Assembly (NCBI GenBank): GCA_002269645.1
Contig: NIVC01002164.1
Location: forward strand, 133,553-197,552
Direction of reading: 5' to 3'
DNA: 64,000 nucleotides
Source: Macrostomum lignano
Lineage: Eukaryota
Made by a program: the position numbers and the translations under genes. This document shows, in pieces, positions 63,046 to 64,000 of this stretch (position 1 is the first letter of the stretch; each line of letters opens with the position of its first letter). The notes under the pieces were generated by a model. The model did not search any database. It saw only the letters and a list, made by a program, of their open reading frames with translations, and had not been told where the DNA came from.

Positions 63046-64000
63046 TGACATGAGTGTATAAGCATGTTAGATTTTCCACTTCGAAACCAGTGGTCACCAA
63101 GTGCAGCTTTAAGCAACTCTGGCCACAACTCTCAAGCGGCCGCTCGACGCACTTCAGCGGCCTCAGTATCAGTATTTATTCTCACTGTCTTGATTTGCAC
63201 AGTTTTAGACCACTCTGATTCAGATGTAATGGTGACCTGTTGGCTGGTTGTCCGAATCCGGACCTTTTCTTACACTTACAAGTACCCGTTATGCAATTCT
63301 TTTATACAGAATTGCATGTTTCTGTTTAAATAAAGACATCTTATTGGCTGGTGACGTAACAATTAAAAAATACGCTTAAGAACTTTGAATTGGCTGTTAC
63401 AATCTAAGAGACGAGCATCGGTACTGTTATTTCCTTCATATTTTTCGGTCTGTTAAAGCAAGTTGCTGGACAGCAACAACCAACAACAACAACAACAACA
63501 ACAAAAACAAACACCGACAAACAAATCGAACAACAACAAAAAAACACAACACAGAAAAACAAAAACAAGAACTCCCGAACGTACAACAACCCAAGGTCCC
63601 AAAGCGAATGCAAAGAGAATCAGTGTATGAAATAGATCGATTCTACGAGTATACTCCAACTGTTACAGTCAAATGCATTGAAGTTTTTGCAAAACTTTCT
63701 GCCTAATTTAGTCATGAAAAGCAGGCCAAATGCACGAATGGCTTTCCCAGTATTAAACAGTAAATTTTGCAGTTTATCGACTAATTTCGACGCAAAGCGT
63801 AGAAGTTGGGATACATTTAGCGTCTTGACATTAGTTTCGTGCCTCGGCGGCGCGAGTCTAATCTGCAGTAAAACCTCTCGGTCTTCTTTTGGCTTGGGCG
63901 AGTGACTCACATCACACACCAGCTAAGGGAAGAGTCAGAGAGAAAGAAAAGGAGAGAGAGAGAGGTGGCCGGCGCCGCGCAACCTCCTCAAGGATATCGA

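Overview
Eukaryotic (animal) genomic DNA, not prokaryotic. GC-rich spliced exons alternate with introns packed with minisatellites and with AT-rich patches. This architecture suggests a flatworm such as Macrostomum lignano (inference only). Gene models built by hand from GT-AG junctions with phase checks: a 5'-truncated GAK/auxilin (+, 785-8341); a two-exon ETS factor (+, 21386-22576); a polyQ hillarin/KY-like transglutaminase-fold gene (+, 28352-36189); a five-exon PP1 catalytic subunit (-, 38848-52329); an orphan two-exon gene (+, 54362-55332); a probable small Q/P-rich gene (-, 56429-56824); B9D1 (-, 58701-60001); and a probable terminal exon near 62.3 kb. Mobile DNA: a very young full-length Ty3/Gypsy (Mag-like) element with identical 296-bp LTRs inserted into a minisatellite in PP1 intron 3; a decayed piggyBac transposase split by a 170-bp MITE; hAT-like and Mutator-like MITEs with TSDs; and LINE, SINE and Helitron-like fragments. 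Most striking patterns: (i) almost every intron has its own private minisatellite; (ii) sharply bounded CpG-free, TpA-rich patches cluster at gene 5' regions; (iii) a single A-run frameshift shaped like a -1 slippery site lies early in the gag of an otherwise intact LTR element. I found no clearly new biological system; the findings are hypotheses to test.
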